Notes under the pieces: generated by a model
Databases searched by the model: none
Seen by the model: only the letters and a program-made list of their open reading frames with translations
What the model was told of the DNA's origin: nothing
Part shown: positions 41,436-56,785 of the stretch, piece after piece
Numbering within the stretch: position 1 is the stretch's first letter
Layout of the letters: every line of letters starts with the position of its first letter
Translations under genes and position numbers: made by a program
DNA from: the human T2T-CHM13v2.0 reference genome, Homo sapiens
Strand: one strand, 5' to 3'
Assembly: GCF_009914755.1 (NCBI RefSeq)
Contig: NC_060928.1
DNA length: 64,000 bases

Positions 41436-42729
41436 AAAATCATATGACTTGCAAGTGACATTCTGACTCCAGAGTGCACATATTTTCTGTATATTGTTTC
41501 TTACCAATGTAGCTACATTTTACTGCTGCCACTTTTTCTGGGACAGGTCTAGATTTGGGGGTGCATGTCTTCTACTTCTCAAAATGTATTGCTGAGCTTC
41601 TCTAGTGTGTCAATCATTGTATTAATTTTCAGCATTGACAATTGTAAACCTAAATCATACCCTCCTGCTTCATGAGGTAAGTTTTTCTCTTATGAATATA
41701 AAACTTGGCTTTATCTTCTTCCATCTCTTGGATTTGTTCACGCTTTTCTATATTCTTTCTATGTCTTTCCCTTCTTTTGTGCATTCTTCTATTTCTCTTG
41801 AAGCATAACTTTTAAGAGCTTCTTAAGAGGGAGACATGGTGTAAATTTTCTTTGTATGTAAAAGTAAGTCTTACAAATCAATTAAATAACCTACATTTTT
41901 ATTTTTAAATAACAAACAATATTCTTTGGGTGTTTGAAGGAATTACATTTATGTCTTCTGTTATCTCATTTTGCTATCAAGAAATGTAAGTTTTGTTTTT
42001 GTTGTGTTTTTTTCTGGAAAATTCTAGGGCTGATATTCGTGCTTCTCTGAAATTTATAAGTAGATGCATTGGAGTGGCTATAATTTCATTATTTGCTGTA
42101 AACATCTGGTCTCCTTTCAATGAGAGATTAAGTCCTCCAGTACTGAAAAATTTTCTTCAGTTATATTTTTGATAATTTCCTATTTCATGTTTCCTTATTT
42201 CTTTGTAGAATCTTCTTTATTTAGAAGTTGAACATCATGGATCAATCTTTTAGCTCTTTTTCCCCCACTTATATATTCTCCAGTTACTTGCTTTTTTGTT
42301 TTATTTCCCTAAGACACCTAAAATCTCTTTCTGCCAGCCAACCCTTCTGCTTATTTTTGCTTACTTCTGCTACTCTTATTAATTAACTGCTAAGTCTTTT
42401 TTATATCTGTATGAGATCACTAATTAGCATTTTACATGTTTCTCTTTTGTTTCTGGTTCTATTGCTGTTTTCTATAGGTTTTTGGATGTTGTTTTATTTC
42501 TTGAAAGTTGGAATTATTCTTCAAATGTTTAGAACTGGTGATTGGCTCTGCTCAGAAGTAAAATACTTCTGATTGAAAACTCTTTGAGCTTGGGAGTGTT
42601 GGGAGGGTTGTGATTGACAGAGTTTATCTATAATATTTTAGACAGTTTGCCAGATATCCTATTTGGGAAACTCCCAACTGATGCATTGTAAAATGCTCCA
42701 ATCATTTATCTGGGAGGACACTACCGGTC

Positions 42730-42762
42730 TGTGTGTGTGTGTGTGTGTGTTGTGTATGTGTG
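42730..42762 (+). repeat. (TG)n microsatellite
   Basis: About 10 TG units plus degenerate extension. Confidence 0.9.
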
Positions 42763-44309
42763 GTAAGTATTTGTCATGGAGACATTTACAGTAACAGTCA
42801 AAATTTATCATTATTTTTTAAATATTTATTTATTTAATTCAAATTGATGTGCATTGATCATTATTTTCATAGGAGGAATAAATGCTATAACTATGTAAGC
42901 TTACAATTAAATTTTATTTAAAGCTGCCAAAAATTAAATTTATTTAATTTTTAATTTAGAGGCATATAAAATTTGTGTCATTGTTTTCTGATTTTTTAGC
43001 TGGAAGAGACAAAAAAAGTGAGGTGAGATTATTTTCTTACTACTTTCTGTTGAAGAATTTGATCTCAAAATTGACATGGTAATATAAGTTCATGACTAAA
43101 ATCTGGACACATCAAGGTGTTAATATTCAAATTAAAACAGTTATAAGCTTTTCTGATAAACCAAAATATTAGTGAGTGATATTGATGACTATGAATATTC
43201 AATTGAGATTTTTTTTTCTAAGTGATCACAAAAGCATAAGAAATTTAAAAATGGAGAGCATTAATAAAAATTAGGTTGCAGGTCAAAATTTTGCATTGTG
43301 GAAAACATAATATATATTTATGTGGTTTACAACTATGATCTTCTTGATTCAGTCTAACCACAGGGAGGAAACCCTCCCCTTTATAACATTAACTTAAGGC
43401 CAGTTAGAATAAATGTGCCATCATTGTCATTGTCTTTAATCATTGTTTACCGAGCATTTCCGTAATATATACCATTGGCTTCAGTTCAAGAAATCCTGGT
43501 TCCTGTCATTGGATAGCTTTTGACCTATATTAAAGAAATGTATTACACAGGAGCAGGATAAGTATGCAGCATATCGTAGGGGACAGATATTGCTAAAGCT
43601 TGTTGGTTATGATTTGCTATGGTCTTGCCTATCACAGTAATGTTCAATGCCTTTGACATATGAGAAGGTAGGATTTTAGCAGAATAAATATTTTGTGCTA
43701 TTTCAGATGTGGGAAGGATACTTTGGATGACATTTTGGAGCCATAAAAAAGTCTAGGCAGCAGGTAGCAAGGACATTAACTTAGCTCAAACAACACATGT
43801 TTACATATGATTAGTAAAGTAAAATGAGGCTTTGCTACATTTGACAGGACAGCCTGGAAAATTAACCTCCAAAATGCCCTGAAGGAAGAACAGAAAACAG
43901 GATGAAAAAGCACAGACAGTGATAATTGTCATGCAGATATGAGTTAGAGAGACAAATACCCTAAGCCAGCATCTGAGAAATGATAATAAAAGACACATTC
44001 GTTTAAAAAATTCACTGAATGTCCAACTGTAATTACAGAAAGAAGGAAACCAAATGCAAAAACAGGAGGCAGTACAATCTCAACATCTAATATTTTCAGG
44101 CCAAAGGTTTCAGGGAAAACATCAGAAAATAATTTCAAGTTGAAAGTGGTTGAAGGCAGAGATGAGGTTGTGTAACATGCATTGAAAGGTCTGGCATAAG
44201 TTTGCATGTATTTTTAATAATTGGCATATCCATAAAGAAATTCTACTGAGAGGTACCACTGGCAGAGTTGGTATGAACTCAAAGAATGGAGCTAAACAGC
44301 CTTGGTTGG

Positions 44310-44480
44310 AATTCAGCTTCCCAGATTTCTCGTGTTTGACCCTGGGCAAATTGCTTTACTTTTGTGCACTTCATTATAGTACCTAACTCAGAGGGTACTT
44401 GTGGGGATTAAATGAGTAAATATACACAAAGTACTAGAACAGCATCTGGTTCATGGCACTAGCAGTTAGTATAATTACAG
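44310..44480 (+). mobile_element. MIR SINE
   Basis: tgaccctgggcaaattg...atagtacctaactcagagggt...ggattaaatgag...aaagtactagaacag. Confidence 0.7.
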
Positions 44481-44959
44481 TTATTATTACTAATGTTGCA
44501 TTTTTCCCATGCACTTTAAGACATTTTGAAACATTTCTCAATAACTATTTTTTCTTGTCTTTACTTTATTTACTCACTTAATGTGTCAAGAATACAACTA
44601 GGTGCCTAGCTCTGGCAATATATAAGACAGAAGCTATAGAAAGGTTGTATTTAGTTATTGATAAGAAGACATACCAGTAGAACAAAATTTTTATTTTAAA
44701 TTGTATAATTTTCAAGGTCTTTCACTACTATCCATTCCCCTATGACTCAGGCCTCATCAATGACTATTTATATGTACAGCTTTTCAAGTAGGTTTCTTAC
44801 TACATACATACAGAACAAAAAAGGAGAGTTAATGCTCAACTTCGAACTTGAAAACTTTAGCATTGCACATTAAAAGCAAAGTCTAAAGGATTTGCAGGAT
44901 AGATTTTAATCAGCAAACCACAAAGCAGAGAAGAACACAGGAGGAAGTAAGAAGTATAC

Positions 44960-45269
44960 TTTTTGTTTTCTTTTCTCTTTTTTTTTTGAGATGGAGTCTT
45001 GCCCTGTTGGCCAGGCTGGAATGCAGTGGCACAATGTCAGCTCACTGCCACCTCCGTCTCCCGGGCTCAAGCAATTCTCCTGCCTCAGCCTCCAGCGTGG
45101 CTGCAATTACAGGCATGTGCCACCACTCCCGGCTAATTTTTGTATTGTCAATAGAGACGGGGTCTCACCATGTTGGCCAGGCTGGTCTTGAACTCCTGAC
45201 CTCAGGTAATCTGCCCACCTCGGCCTCCCAAAGTGCTGGGATTACAGGCGTGAGCCACCTCGCCTGGCT
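44960..45269 (-). mobile_element. AluS (Sx-like)
   Basis: Full reverse dimer with T-rich tail. Confidence 0.94.
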
Positions 45270-46034
45270 CAGAAAAGACCTTTTTATAATAATGTTGGGA
45301 GGTAGGAGTGGAGCTGTGAGGAAGAGAAAGATGAAAAATAGTTTAGAGATTACTGTGGGATGCTTCCTACTGCCCTCTACTGAGGCCACATCCTATGTTC
45401 TGGAGGAAGAAGATCGAACGGCGTACACTTTCTAGGGGAGGAATCCTAGAGTATAGAGTATTTGTATCTCATTTTCCAGGACATGGTCTAAGAGCACTGC
45501 AACCCTCTTAGAGAAGCCCAGAATGGAACCAGAGTAGGGATTAGCAAGGATGGCAAGGCAAGGCAAAAAGGAGTCTGAGGTGGCCTCCTGCTCTCCCAAA
45601 GCCCAGAATAGTGTGGGAGAGTTTTCCAAAGTCTCTAGGGCTCCCAAAAGTGCCCAGAAGTAAGAGGGAGTGAGCCACAGAATTGAAAGTTTCTGTTGTT
45701 GAATATGCCAACTGAAAACAAAGGAGGGCGTGTAGGACTGTGAACATCAGGTAACCCACGTCATGGTGACAAAGGCCAGTTGCAAGAACTGGCTGACCCA
45801 TCACATCACTGTGGAAGCCTGTGAGAACAGAGGAGGGTCACAGACCAAAGATGTCCCACTTCTCTTCATCCCTTCCCCATCTTGATTGCTATGGTGCTCT
45901 ATAGAAGCCCTTCCCACAAAAGAGAACGTTGGGGAAGAAATACTGCATTGATTACTGAGAAGTTACAGGAAAGACTGATTTTTAATCTGGAATTGATTTT
46001 TTCTGAATTTGCAAAGTTAAATGATGTGTGTTTG

Positions 46035-46402
46035 TATATTAGTCCGTTTTCACACTGCCATAAAGAAATACCTGAGACTGGGTAATTTATAAAGGAAAGA
46101 GGTTTAATTGACTCACAGTTCCACATGGCTTGGGAGTCCTTAGGAAACTTATAGTCATGGTGGAACGTGAAGGTTAAGCAAGGACCTTCTTCACATGGTG
46201 GCAGGAGAGAGAAGTGCAAGCAGGGGAAATGTTAGATGCTTACGAAGCAATCAGACTCGTGAGAACTCCCTCACTATCACAAGAACAGCATGGGGGAAAC
46301 CATTCCCATGATCCAGTCACCTCCCACTCGTTCCTTCCTCAACACCTGGAGATTACAGTTCAGGATAAGATTTGAGTGGGGACACAAAGCCAAACCATAT
46401 CA
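46035..46402 (-). mobile_element. THE1D/MSTA-like MaLR solo LTR
   Basis: attagtccgttttcacactgccataaagaaatacctgagactggg...gccaaaccatatca; TSD GTTTG at 46030-46034 and 46403-46407. Confidence 0.92.
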
Positions 46403-48957
46403 GTTTGTTTGTTCTGTTTGCTGCTGACTGAAAATGGAAAACCATAAATAGTGCAAAGTTCAGTGATAGAAAATGACCTATCCAGTGCATCTGTAGACAT
46501 CAATTTTCACATGTAGTTATCACCCTAGATACACTTACAAGGAACACTTCAACAACAAGGCAAATAGTATGATTAAGCCCCAGAATCATCAGTGGAGAAA
46601 TAAGCCCTTTAGGGAAAGGGAAAGATGAGTCAGAATGAGTAGGAAAGGCATAAAGGAGGTTGTAAGGCATTGAGTGGTGAGTTTTAAATAGGCATAGAAG
46701 TGAGGAAATGGTGTCCTAGGTCTGAATTAAGCTGCACAGGCAAGGTATGGAACTAAACTGTGGACCTTACCACAAATGAGGAAAAACATTAAAGGATGGA
46801 TTTTTTGCTCAAAATATGATTTTATTTCACAACTCTGTTTATTCAGTTTGCTTTGCAGACAATGACCTTCCTATTACTCAGAAACTGTGATTTTTCATAC
46901 AGGTGACCAAAACCCTCTTTCATTGTTCTGTATTAGAAACTAGATTTCACCACTTACTAGCTATGCAACATTGGACACACCTAACTTCTTTGACTTAAGA
47001 CTCATCATTATAAAATGGGGATAATGAGATAATTACTACATAGGGGTGTTGTCATACAGGATAATCTGTGCCTGGCACGTAGCACACACGTGTTATCTAT
47101 TATCAATGTAATATTTGTTTTAAAAAACTTTTCTACCCTTGAGGAAAGTGATACTAAATATTCTAGGACATCCAAGTTTCTGAGTTCAGTAGAGGACACA
47201 AAAAGGACTCAAGGTCTGGGTTAATGGGGGTTATGTGAATAGGGATTGGAGGGCTTTCTGCATAACTCTGGCAATTATAAAAGACATTTCCTTACTTTCT
47301 CTCTATTGTTACAAATAAGCATTTTGTTTGAATCTTCACTTTCCCAGAAGTTTCCTTCCTGGGCTCTTGTCCACTCTGAGTATCTTTTGGGAATGTTTTT
47401 TTCAGACAAGGGGCTCTTATTGTATAGAATATTTCACTCAGTTCTCTCTAACAGCTGTGTTTTCAGAAGCCTGTTGAAAAACATGACAACAAAATAAGTC
47501 TACTTTGACTCTTTGTCATTCGTACATTTAAAGTTCTTTACATTTTAGTTATTTTAAAAAATTTAAGCTAGCAGAATCTTCAAGAGATTTGGAAACTCAT
47601 TATTAATCCACAGAGACCTGTGTTGGTTTTTCCATCCCTTTACCATCAACTTGCTACTGTTGTCTGGATCAGAGTTCAATTCAATAAATAGTAATTCTCT
47701 GTTTCTTTTCTTCTCTTAATGATGACCTATGGATAATGAATATTGACATGTGGATGACAAATGTTGAATTTGTTTTTGTGAAAAATTCTATTGGTTCTGC
47801 TTTCAACGTACTATTCAAATCTGACCATTTTTCATCTTTTTTTTTCACTGCCTCCACTCTAGTCCCAGTCACAGTCATCCCTGGCCTGATTATTGCATCA
47901 CCTTCCTAGCTGATTTTTCTCTTTCACCCTGGTCCAGCCATGCTGGCCTCCTTGCATTCCCTGATTAGGCCAAGTATGTTGCTTCCTTAGGCTCTTTACA
48001 CTCCCTTTTTCCTCTTGGAAATACCCTTCCTTCACATAGCTACATGAGCTGCTTCTTCATTTCTTTTATGTCTCGTTAGTTAATGACATTTTCTGAATAA
48101 CGTCTACCCTGATTCACTTATTGCAAATTGCAATAGGCCCCTCCCCATAGCCACTTTCATTCTTCTTATGATAGTCTTTAGTTTTTTTATAGAAGTTTCA
48201 TCTTCTTACATGCTACGTAATTTATTTATTAGATTTATTGTTAATCATCTGTCTCCCCCAGCAAAAATGCTATCTTTCTCTTATTTTTTTCCTAAATATA
48301 TCACAAAGGCAGAGACCACTACCAGGGATACCATAAAAGCTGAGAAATTGTGTACAGAATGTATGGAAGAAAAATGGATATCTTCTTTATTGAAAAAGAT
48401 ATGAAGAGGTGATTTTAGTTTTTCGACATGTAAGCTGGTTCCTTTTTTATTATCTCATTGTGGTTGAGAGATTACATTGCTTAGTTCTATCTTGGGAGTA
48501 AATTATGTGCTAAAGTTTTAAAAGTTCTACAAGGGTACTGATAACTGGTTGCTAATGTAGTGATCACATTCAGATTTGTTATCACTCTCTCAATTTTGGG
48601 ATTCCTCCTTCAACACCCTCTTTTCACATGGTTAATGTGATCCTATGTATGGGTTATAATCAAACCTGTTCCTTCCACTCAGATACAACATTGCCCTTGG
48701 TGGTCTGATGAAGTTTGCAAATCTAATATGTTCTGAACATTACAGCCAGTGAATATTAATTAATAACTAATGACCAAGCCTTAAAGCAGGCAAAAGAAAG
48801 AGCAGAATGTAGTTTTGACTAATTGAATGTATGATGAATTCAGGAAGAATCACGTTATAAAGAGAGGAAAGTTTTCCTTATTTATCAAGATTCTATTTTA
48901 TGTGAATTATAGTTCTATTGAATCTCATTTTTCTTTTGCTGCATATAAAAATGATTG

Positions 48958-49614
<657 letters not shown>

Positions 49615-50782
49615 TAAGCATAAGTTTGAAAGAAGGAGAGAATAACCATTTGGTAGAAATTGTGAAATATTAAAAGTATGATTGTGGGTGGATCTGGGAG
49701 AGATTTAGCCCACTGATCCAGAACATCTTTGAATAAACCTTCCGTGTAGACCAAAAGTCTTGAATGTTTGCCATGTGATAATCTTTGCTTCATCTGGGAA
49801 AGATGGATTTGGCAAACTCTTACTGTTGCTTCTTAGGCATGGTGTGCAAGGCATTGAAGGTTATGTTCCACTGAGAAAATATATGCAATTTACAAAGTAA
49901 GAAAATGGAAGCTCAAAATAATCTGGGAATTACTTTTTTCCTCTTTATAAAAATAATTATTCATAATAATTACTTATTACTTTTTTTAAATAAAAGACGA
50001 TTGCCACAAAATGCCCCAAGAAAGTAAGATAAGTTATAGCTGACGTCATCTTATCTAGGTTATTAAAAAGGCTCAGGAAGTCGAGTTTCCATCTCACTTT
50101 GAGAGTGTTACCAAGTGTTACCAATGGTATTCTTTTTCCTTGAACAAATCTCTCTCTTTTTTTTTTCACCTCCCTAAAAATAAGAGTAATTTAGCTGGTC
50201 AGAATTTTTAAATTAAACTGAGGTCTAGTAGAAAAAGACTGAGAAATGTGTAAAAGTAATATGTAATTATTGCATGATATGTTTTATGAATTTGAGTAGA
50301 AATATAGGAATAATCACATTTCCACTGATTTCTATCTTCTGGAACTCTAAATATTTATTTGACCACTCATGAAAAGATTCAGTTAATTAGGGACTCGTAA
50401 AAAGAGAAGAGCATTTTTCCTGATTTTGGCAAAGATTTCTAAATAGCAGCATTATTGTATAAGCACTTGAATAATGTGGATGTATCATAAATTATACCTG
50501 ATTGATAATGGATTTTTAGTATATAGTTTACTAGACTGACCAAGAATTACAAGTGGGGAGGGTGAGAAACAATTATCTTATATTATATTTAGATCAATAG
50601 AGTCATATGTTTTTTATAATTTAACATGTGATATATTATTTTACAATTTCTACTGTTGGTACCTATTATGTTTAATCACTACAGTAGGGATTATCTCCCA
50701 GGAGGCATACCATGGGTTCTAATCAGAATTGTGGAAGTCGTCAATGAGAAATGAAACACATTGCTTCAGTGAAATTGTCTAA

Positions 50783-51108
<326 letters not shown>

Positions 51109-51329
51109 CAACATTATAGTCTTACATGTTAAGTGAAAAAAAATGTTTTTTAATAGTATGAGCTGTAAAAAAGAAAAACTAGCTTGATTACAGTTGAGGT
51201 AGTGGAAATATGCAGAATGTAAATCATTTGGTACCAGCTATGTAGTTAATAAGATTGATAGCCCATGTTTATTACTTACCATTTTCTTTGTGGGCATTTA
51301 AAGCATCATTTTTATAGCTAGCTCAATTG

Positions 51330-51820
51330 TGTGTCACAAGCATCTGTCAGAATATAATCCCAAATCCTCATAAGTGTTTACAATGCCCTACACACTCTGG
51401 TCTTGGGCTACTTCTACTACTACTCTTCCCATTTTTGACTCTGTTCTAGCTTGTTGCCTTTATATCTGCAGCCCCCCACCTAATATGTTCTTCTCCTGGA
51501 ATCCCCATAGGTAGATGCTAAGAACTGCATTCAGATCTCGCCTCTGAAGTCACCACATCAGAGATGCCCATGTTGCCAGACTCTATCCCAACCCTTCCCA
51601 CCCCTCTCTATTCCATTACCCTACATCATTTTTCTTTAAGCACTTATTACAGTAGGATATTATATATTTAGTAGTTTATTTGTTTTGTTTAAAATTTTCT
51701 GTGTCTTTCAACAAAAATAGTAAGAACAGGGTCATTGTTTTGTTGAATATATCACCAGAGCTTAGAATAGGTCCTGGTCCATGACAGACACTTGACAATT
51801 GATGAATGAATGAAATGAGT
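51330..51820 (+). mobile_element. L2 LINE 3' fragment
   Basis: aatcccaaatcctca...acaatgcccta...caccagagcttagaataggtcctgg...gaatgaatga (L2 3' tail). Confidence 0.65.
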
Positions 51821-52152
51821 AAATGGGGAGACAGCTGGTATTAAGGGATGCTTTGAAATGGACACTGCAATTCTATCATTCAGCATTCAGATTGTCTCAC
51901 TCTATCCCTTTTCTTTTTTCCTTTCACTTTATTTTTTAAAACTTTTCTTTGGATATCTGAATATAGCAGTTGAAACAAAACAAATCAAAAAACAAATCCT
52001 CTGAATATTTTATGAGGCTTATGATAAGTCCAGGCTTATACGTATTGCCAAGGATGACATTCAGTTTAACCGGTGTGATTCACGTCAAAACTGCTGAGCA
52101 ACACCATAATGTATCCCTCATATCTGAATAGTATTTTAGTTAAAAAGAAGCA

Positions 52153-52212
52153 TATATCTATCTATCTCTCTATCTATATAGATAGAGAGAGAGATAGATA
52201 GATAGATAGATA
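52153..52212. repeat. (TATC)n/(GATA)n inverted microsatellite
   Basis: TATC units face GATA units across a palindromic centre at 52177/52178. Confidence 0.9.
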
Positions 52213-52548
52213 ATTTTTTAAGGCTAGACTTTCTCCAAGGTTAATTATTTGTTTTACGTGTGTGTGTTTGGATATCTTGAAATGTTTAATCTGGAACCCT
52301 CAGCTTGTGAACCTCTTTTTTAAAAAAACCTGTTGCTTGTTTTGTTTTGGTGAAAATTACTCTAAGAGGAGTTTTCCTAATTTAATACAAATTTTGGTAA
52401 CCAAAGTAATTTTTAGAAAATCAGTTTGGAAAAATTAAAGGTAAAACCTATCTCAGTTTATTCCCAAATATGTGAATATATTTATATTTTACCCAAATTC
52501 TTCCATTTTTATCAATATTCAGTTGTAAGGCTTGTCCCTCTGTGCTTT

Positions 52549-53263
52549 TGAGAGGTGGAGCCGGCTGGGCTTCTGGGTGGGGTGGGGACTTGGAGAAATT
52601 TTCTGTCTCCTAAAGGATTGTAAACACACCAATCAGCACTTTCTGTCTAGCTAAAGGTTTATAAATGCACCAATCAGCACTCTGTAAAAATGCACCGGTC
52701 AGTGCTCTGCATCTAGCTAAAGGTTTGTAAGTGCACCAATCAGCACTCTGTAAAAACAGACCAGTCAGCACTCTGTAAAAACAGACCAGTCAGCACTCTG
52801 TAAAATGGACCAATCAGCAGGATGTGGGCAGGGACAAATAAGGGAATAAAAGCTGGCCACAGGAGCCAGCAGCGGCAACCCGCTGGGGTCCTGTTCCGCG
52901 CTGTGGGAGCTTTCTTCTTTTGCGCTGCATAATAAATCTTGCTGCTGCTCACTCTTAGGGTCTGCCCTACCTTTATGAACTGTAACACTCACTGCGAAGG
53001 TCTCTGGCTTCACTCCTGAAGTCAGTGAGACCATGAACCCACCAGGAGGAACAAACAACTCTGGACATACGACTTTCAAGAGCTGTAACACTCACTACGA
53101 AGGTCTGCAGCTTCACTCCTGAAGTCAGTGGGACCACGAACCCACCGGAGGGAATAAACTCCAGATACATCTGAACATCCGAAGGAACAAACTCCCGACA
53201 CACAATCTTTAAGAACTGTAACACTCAGCGCAAGCCCACCAGAAGGAACCAATTCTGGGCACA
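52549..53263 (+). mobile_element. LTR12-family (HERV9) solo LTR, short variant
   Basis: tgagaggtggagccggctgggcttctggg; tandem accaatcagcactctg units; ctgtaacactcac repeats; TSD CTTT at 52545-52548 and 53264-53267. Confidence 0.95.
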
Positions 53264-53369
53264 CTTTGGGCTATGAAAATATAACAGTGTAATAAGTTTA
53301 ATGGCAAAAGTGTGCTATGTCTTCAAATATACCTAGATTGATTATATTAATATTACAATAAGCAACTAA

Positions 53370-53686
<317 letters not shown>

Positions 53687-53871
53687 CTCAACTGTTTCCT
53701 GATTGGAGTGAAAATGAAATATTTTTAAATATTAAAATAATGTTTTCTTTTATAATTATCGTTGCTCTGTGTTTAGATTTTTCTTAAATTTTAAATAACA
53801 TTAAAGAAGAGCAAGAGTGTTTTTGTTATACTAAAATGTTTTGCCAACAATTTGAAAGAAAATAATTTATC

Positions 53872-54213
53872 CAGCTTGGGCAACATGGTGAGACCCCCAT
53901 CTCTACAAAAATTAAAAAAATTAGCCAGATGTGGTGGTGCGTCCTTGTAGTCCTAGCTACTTGAGAGGCTGAGGTGGGAGGATCAATTGAGCCAGGGAGG
54001 TCAAGCCTGCAGTATGCCGTGATCATGCCACTGTACTTCAGCCTGTGTGACAGGGTGAGACCCTGCCTCAAAAAAGAGAAGGAAAGAAAGAAAAGGAGAA
54101 AGAAAGAGCAAGAAAAAGAAAAAAGAAAGGAGAAAGAAAAGAAAGGAGAAAGAAAAGAAAGAAGCAAGGAAAGAGAAAGAAAGCAAGAAAAAGAAAGGAA
54201 GAAGGAAGGAAAA
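53872..54213 (+). mobile_element. 5'-truncated AluJ with long (GAAA)-rich tail
   Basis: Partial left arm, right arm to ~54069, purine tract 54070-54213. Confidence 0.9.
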
Positions 54214-56146
54214 TAACTTTTACAAAAGCATTATTTGTAAACTTAAATTTCTCTTTTGTCACTTGCTATTGAGAGTAAACAGATTCTATTTACAGTAGAA
54301 CCCCATATCTAGATAGTCTGAGCCAGTATGTGGTATGCAGAAAAATTAGTCCTCCTCTTTCTGGGATCCTCTCCTGAGCTCAGTGCTAATTCTTTCTGTT
54401 GTCCCTTGGAAAAGGGCTACCTAACACATAATCTGTACATGTGAGACACTGTCGGCAGCTTTGCCCTTCCTCTGCCCTGGCAGCCATGGCTTTTGCCATG
54501 GTTCTGGGCTGACACCTCTACAGGGCTGATCCTCACCACCTATTTGCTCCCCACCCATTTGCTGCCTTCTTTAGATTGAGTCCCTCCAGGAATTTTCTCT
54601 CTTACAGAATAACTTTTTCTGCTTTTCTCCCACCAGCTCTCAGATTCTTTTTCCACCTTGGAGCTGTTGGACACAGTTATTTCCTTTATCATTTATCTCC
54701 TTCCCGTACCATCCAGATCTGGGAAACCGGGGTAAAAGATGCTGAGGTGGGACACGTATCAATAAAAGTGAGGCAGCAGGCTGGATAGGGTGTTGGTTAG
54801 GATGGGTAGGTGTTGTCTAACTTTAAATCTGAAACAAATAACGCCCACAATATCCATACCTTGCATCTCAGACTGGCCCTTTGTACTGTGATTTTCTCTT
54901 CCTCCCTCCTTCCCTCTCTCCCTTCCTCCTTTTAATATATTCTAGGCATTTATGTGCCAGCATTATGAAAAACCTTTCAGACACCTTATTACAACAAGTG
55001 ACCCCTAATCAAAACATATCTACGTTCCAGTTTTAACAGTGTTCCCGTTCTATTCCCTCTATGCTTACTCTGAGTTCTAGGGGAAAGCCTCTCATTCCCT
55101 CAATTAATATCAGGAATTCCTATGTTTTCTCCTTCTGTCACTCCAAAAAAAAAAAAAAAGTCTTGAGAACAAGAAAACAAATCTTCCAAATGACTCAGGA
55201 AAAGTTTCCGCGTATCCGAAACACATTGTGCCTTTTATTTCAGTGACACAGAGTCTGCACAATGCCCACAAACCACCTCCAGGGGGCAGTGTGGCCCAGT
55301 GCTGCTCCTAGGATGTTAAACATTCAAAACCTCAGGATGGTTTTTGTGGATTGGTTTCTCTGTTTGGTTAATGAACCATTTCTAGGGAAAAGGTCTCTAA
55401 AGGAAAACACAGTTTGTCATTTTATCATTCCCTCTTTGTGCTCTTTTTCTGGCATATGGTAAATAGAAAGACGGCCCTGAGGACATAGCGTTTAGGACTG
55501 AAAGCAGAGAGTACTGGATTCAGAGGAAATGCCTTAATTGGGAGATTTGTGTCCTTGTTGTCAGGTCTCACTGGGGAGGCAAGAAGAAGAAAGATATGGA
55601 TTCCTGACATTTGTTGAGAGGATGGTTGGCTTTCTCCTCTTAGATTTTAGAGTGAGTGTAGAGCTTTTCAGAGCTCTTAAAGGTTCTTAAGTGTATGAGT
55701 ATTTGCTGTTAGGGCATTTGCAGACCCTGACGAAAAGGAGCCCAGCCAGAGGAGACCAGGATCGTGAACTGCGGTAGACGAGGCTCGCCCAGCACAGAAA
55801 GATCTAACTCCTTGTGATATACCCCATGGATATTCAAACAATATGGGGTATTATTGGACTATTATCATAATATGGATATTTTAGATCACATAATTTGGGT
55901 TGATGCTGTGTTATTTTAGACTCCTAAAATTGCTTTTAAAAATGTATAGATATAGCACATGAAAAATTGAAGAGGAAAATGACTCCTTATAATACAAAGA
56001 TTTTTATACCATCAGTTAATCTCACTAAAGGTTAGGTTGGCATTTACTAATATTTTTTAAAAATATGTAAGACTAGGAAATGTGAAAGGGCTTGCAGGCT
56101 ATGGACATTTTTACCCTATATGCATATTTTTAAGTGCCTTCTATGT

Positions 56147-56785
56147 TGTTGTAGGAGCCGAAGGAAAGCTTTACCTTCAACTTCTGAAGATGTGTTAAAA
56201 GTCACTGACAAGAGTCAAATTAATAACAGAAAAGGCATACAAATTTAATTGATCATAGTTTTACATAACACAGGAGCCTTCAGAATGAAGATCCAAAGAT
56301 ACAGAGGAATTGTACATTTTAATGCTTAGGGTCGACAAAATATGGACAGCCATGTACAAATACGATTGGGCAAAAAGAGAATGATCTACTGCCAATAGAG
56401 TTGGGAAACCCAGCAAGGCCTGTCTGTCTAGACTCCTCTTGGCCTCACTGCGCAGCATTCGTTCCTCCTTGGTGTGTGGCAGGACCCTCTATGGAAAGAG
56501 GGTGTTATGACCTACAATTAAAAAAGGTAGGTCAGTTAATTTCTTTATGGCCCATTTTTATACAGAATGGTGGGTGATGGTTAGAATAATATTTTCAGGT
56601 TTTAATGGCTGGCTCCAGGGGAAAAGGAGCTCTGGTTTCTATGACCCACCTTGGAAAGAAGGAATCTAGGTTTTATGGTGGGCCTGGGGGAGAATGGAGA
56701 GGCCAGAGCCATGAGGGTAGCAGAAGGTCAGAGAGAGCTGCTTCTAAGGCCATCATTTTGGAGTATCATTTTCAGAGACCCTACA
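56147..56785 (-). mobile_element. MER39-like ERV1 solo LTR
   Basis: Reverse start tgtagggtctctgaaaatgatactccaaaatgatggccttagaagcag; TSD ATGT at 56143-56146 and 56786-56789. Confidence 0.8.

Noticed and set aside
41650-42700. T-rich kilobase as novel sequence
   Set aside because: Most likely a very old minus-strand L1M remnant; boundaries not definable by eye
44986-45435. 149-aa ORF and similar ORFs containing LECSG / [11 protein letters not shown]
   Set aside because: Standard antisense Alu translations (also 1877, 19853, 31707, 49231, 50815)
52600-53230. Regularly spaced repeats resembling a CRISPR-like array
   Set aside because: Known internal tandem units of LTR12; no unique spacers, eukaryotic context, no cas genes
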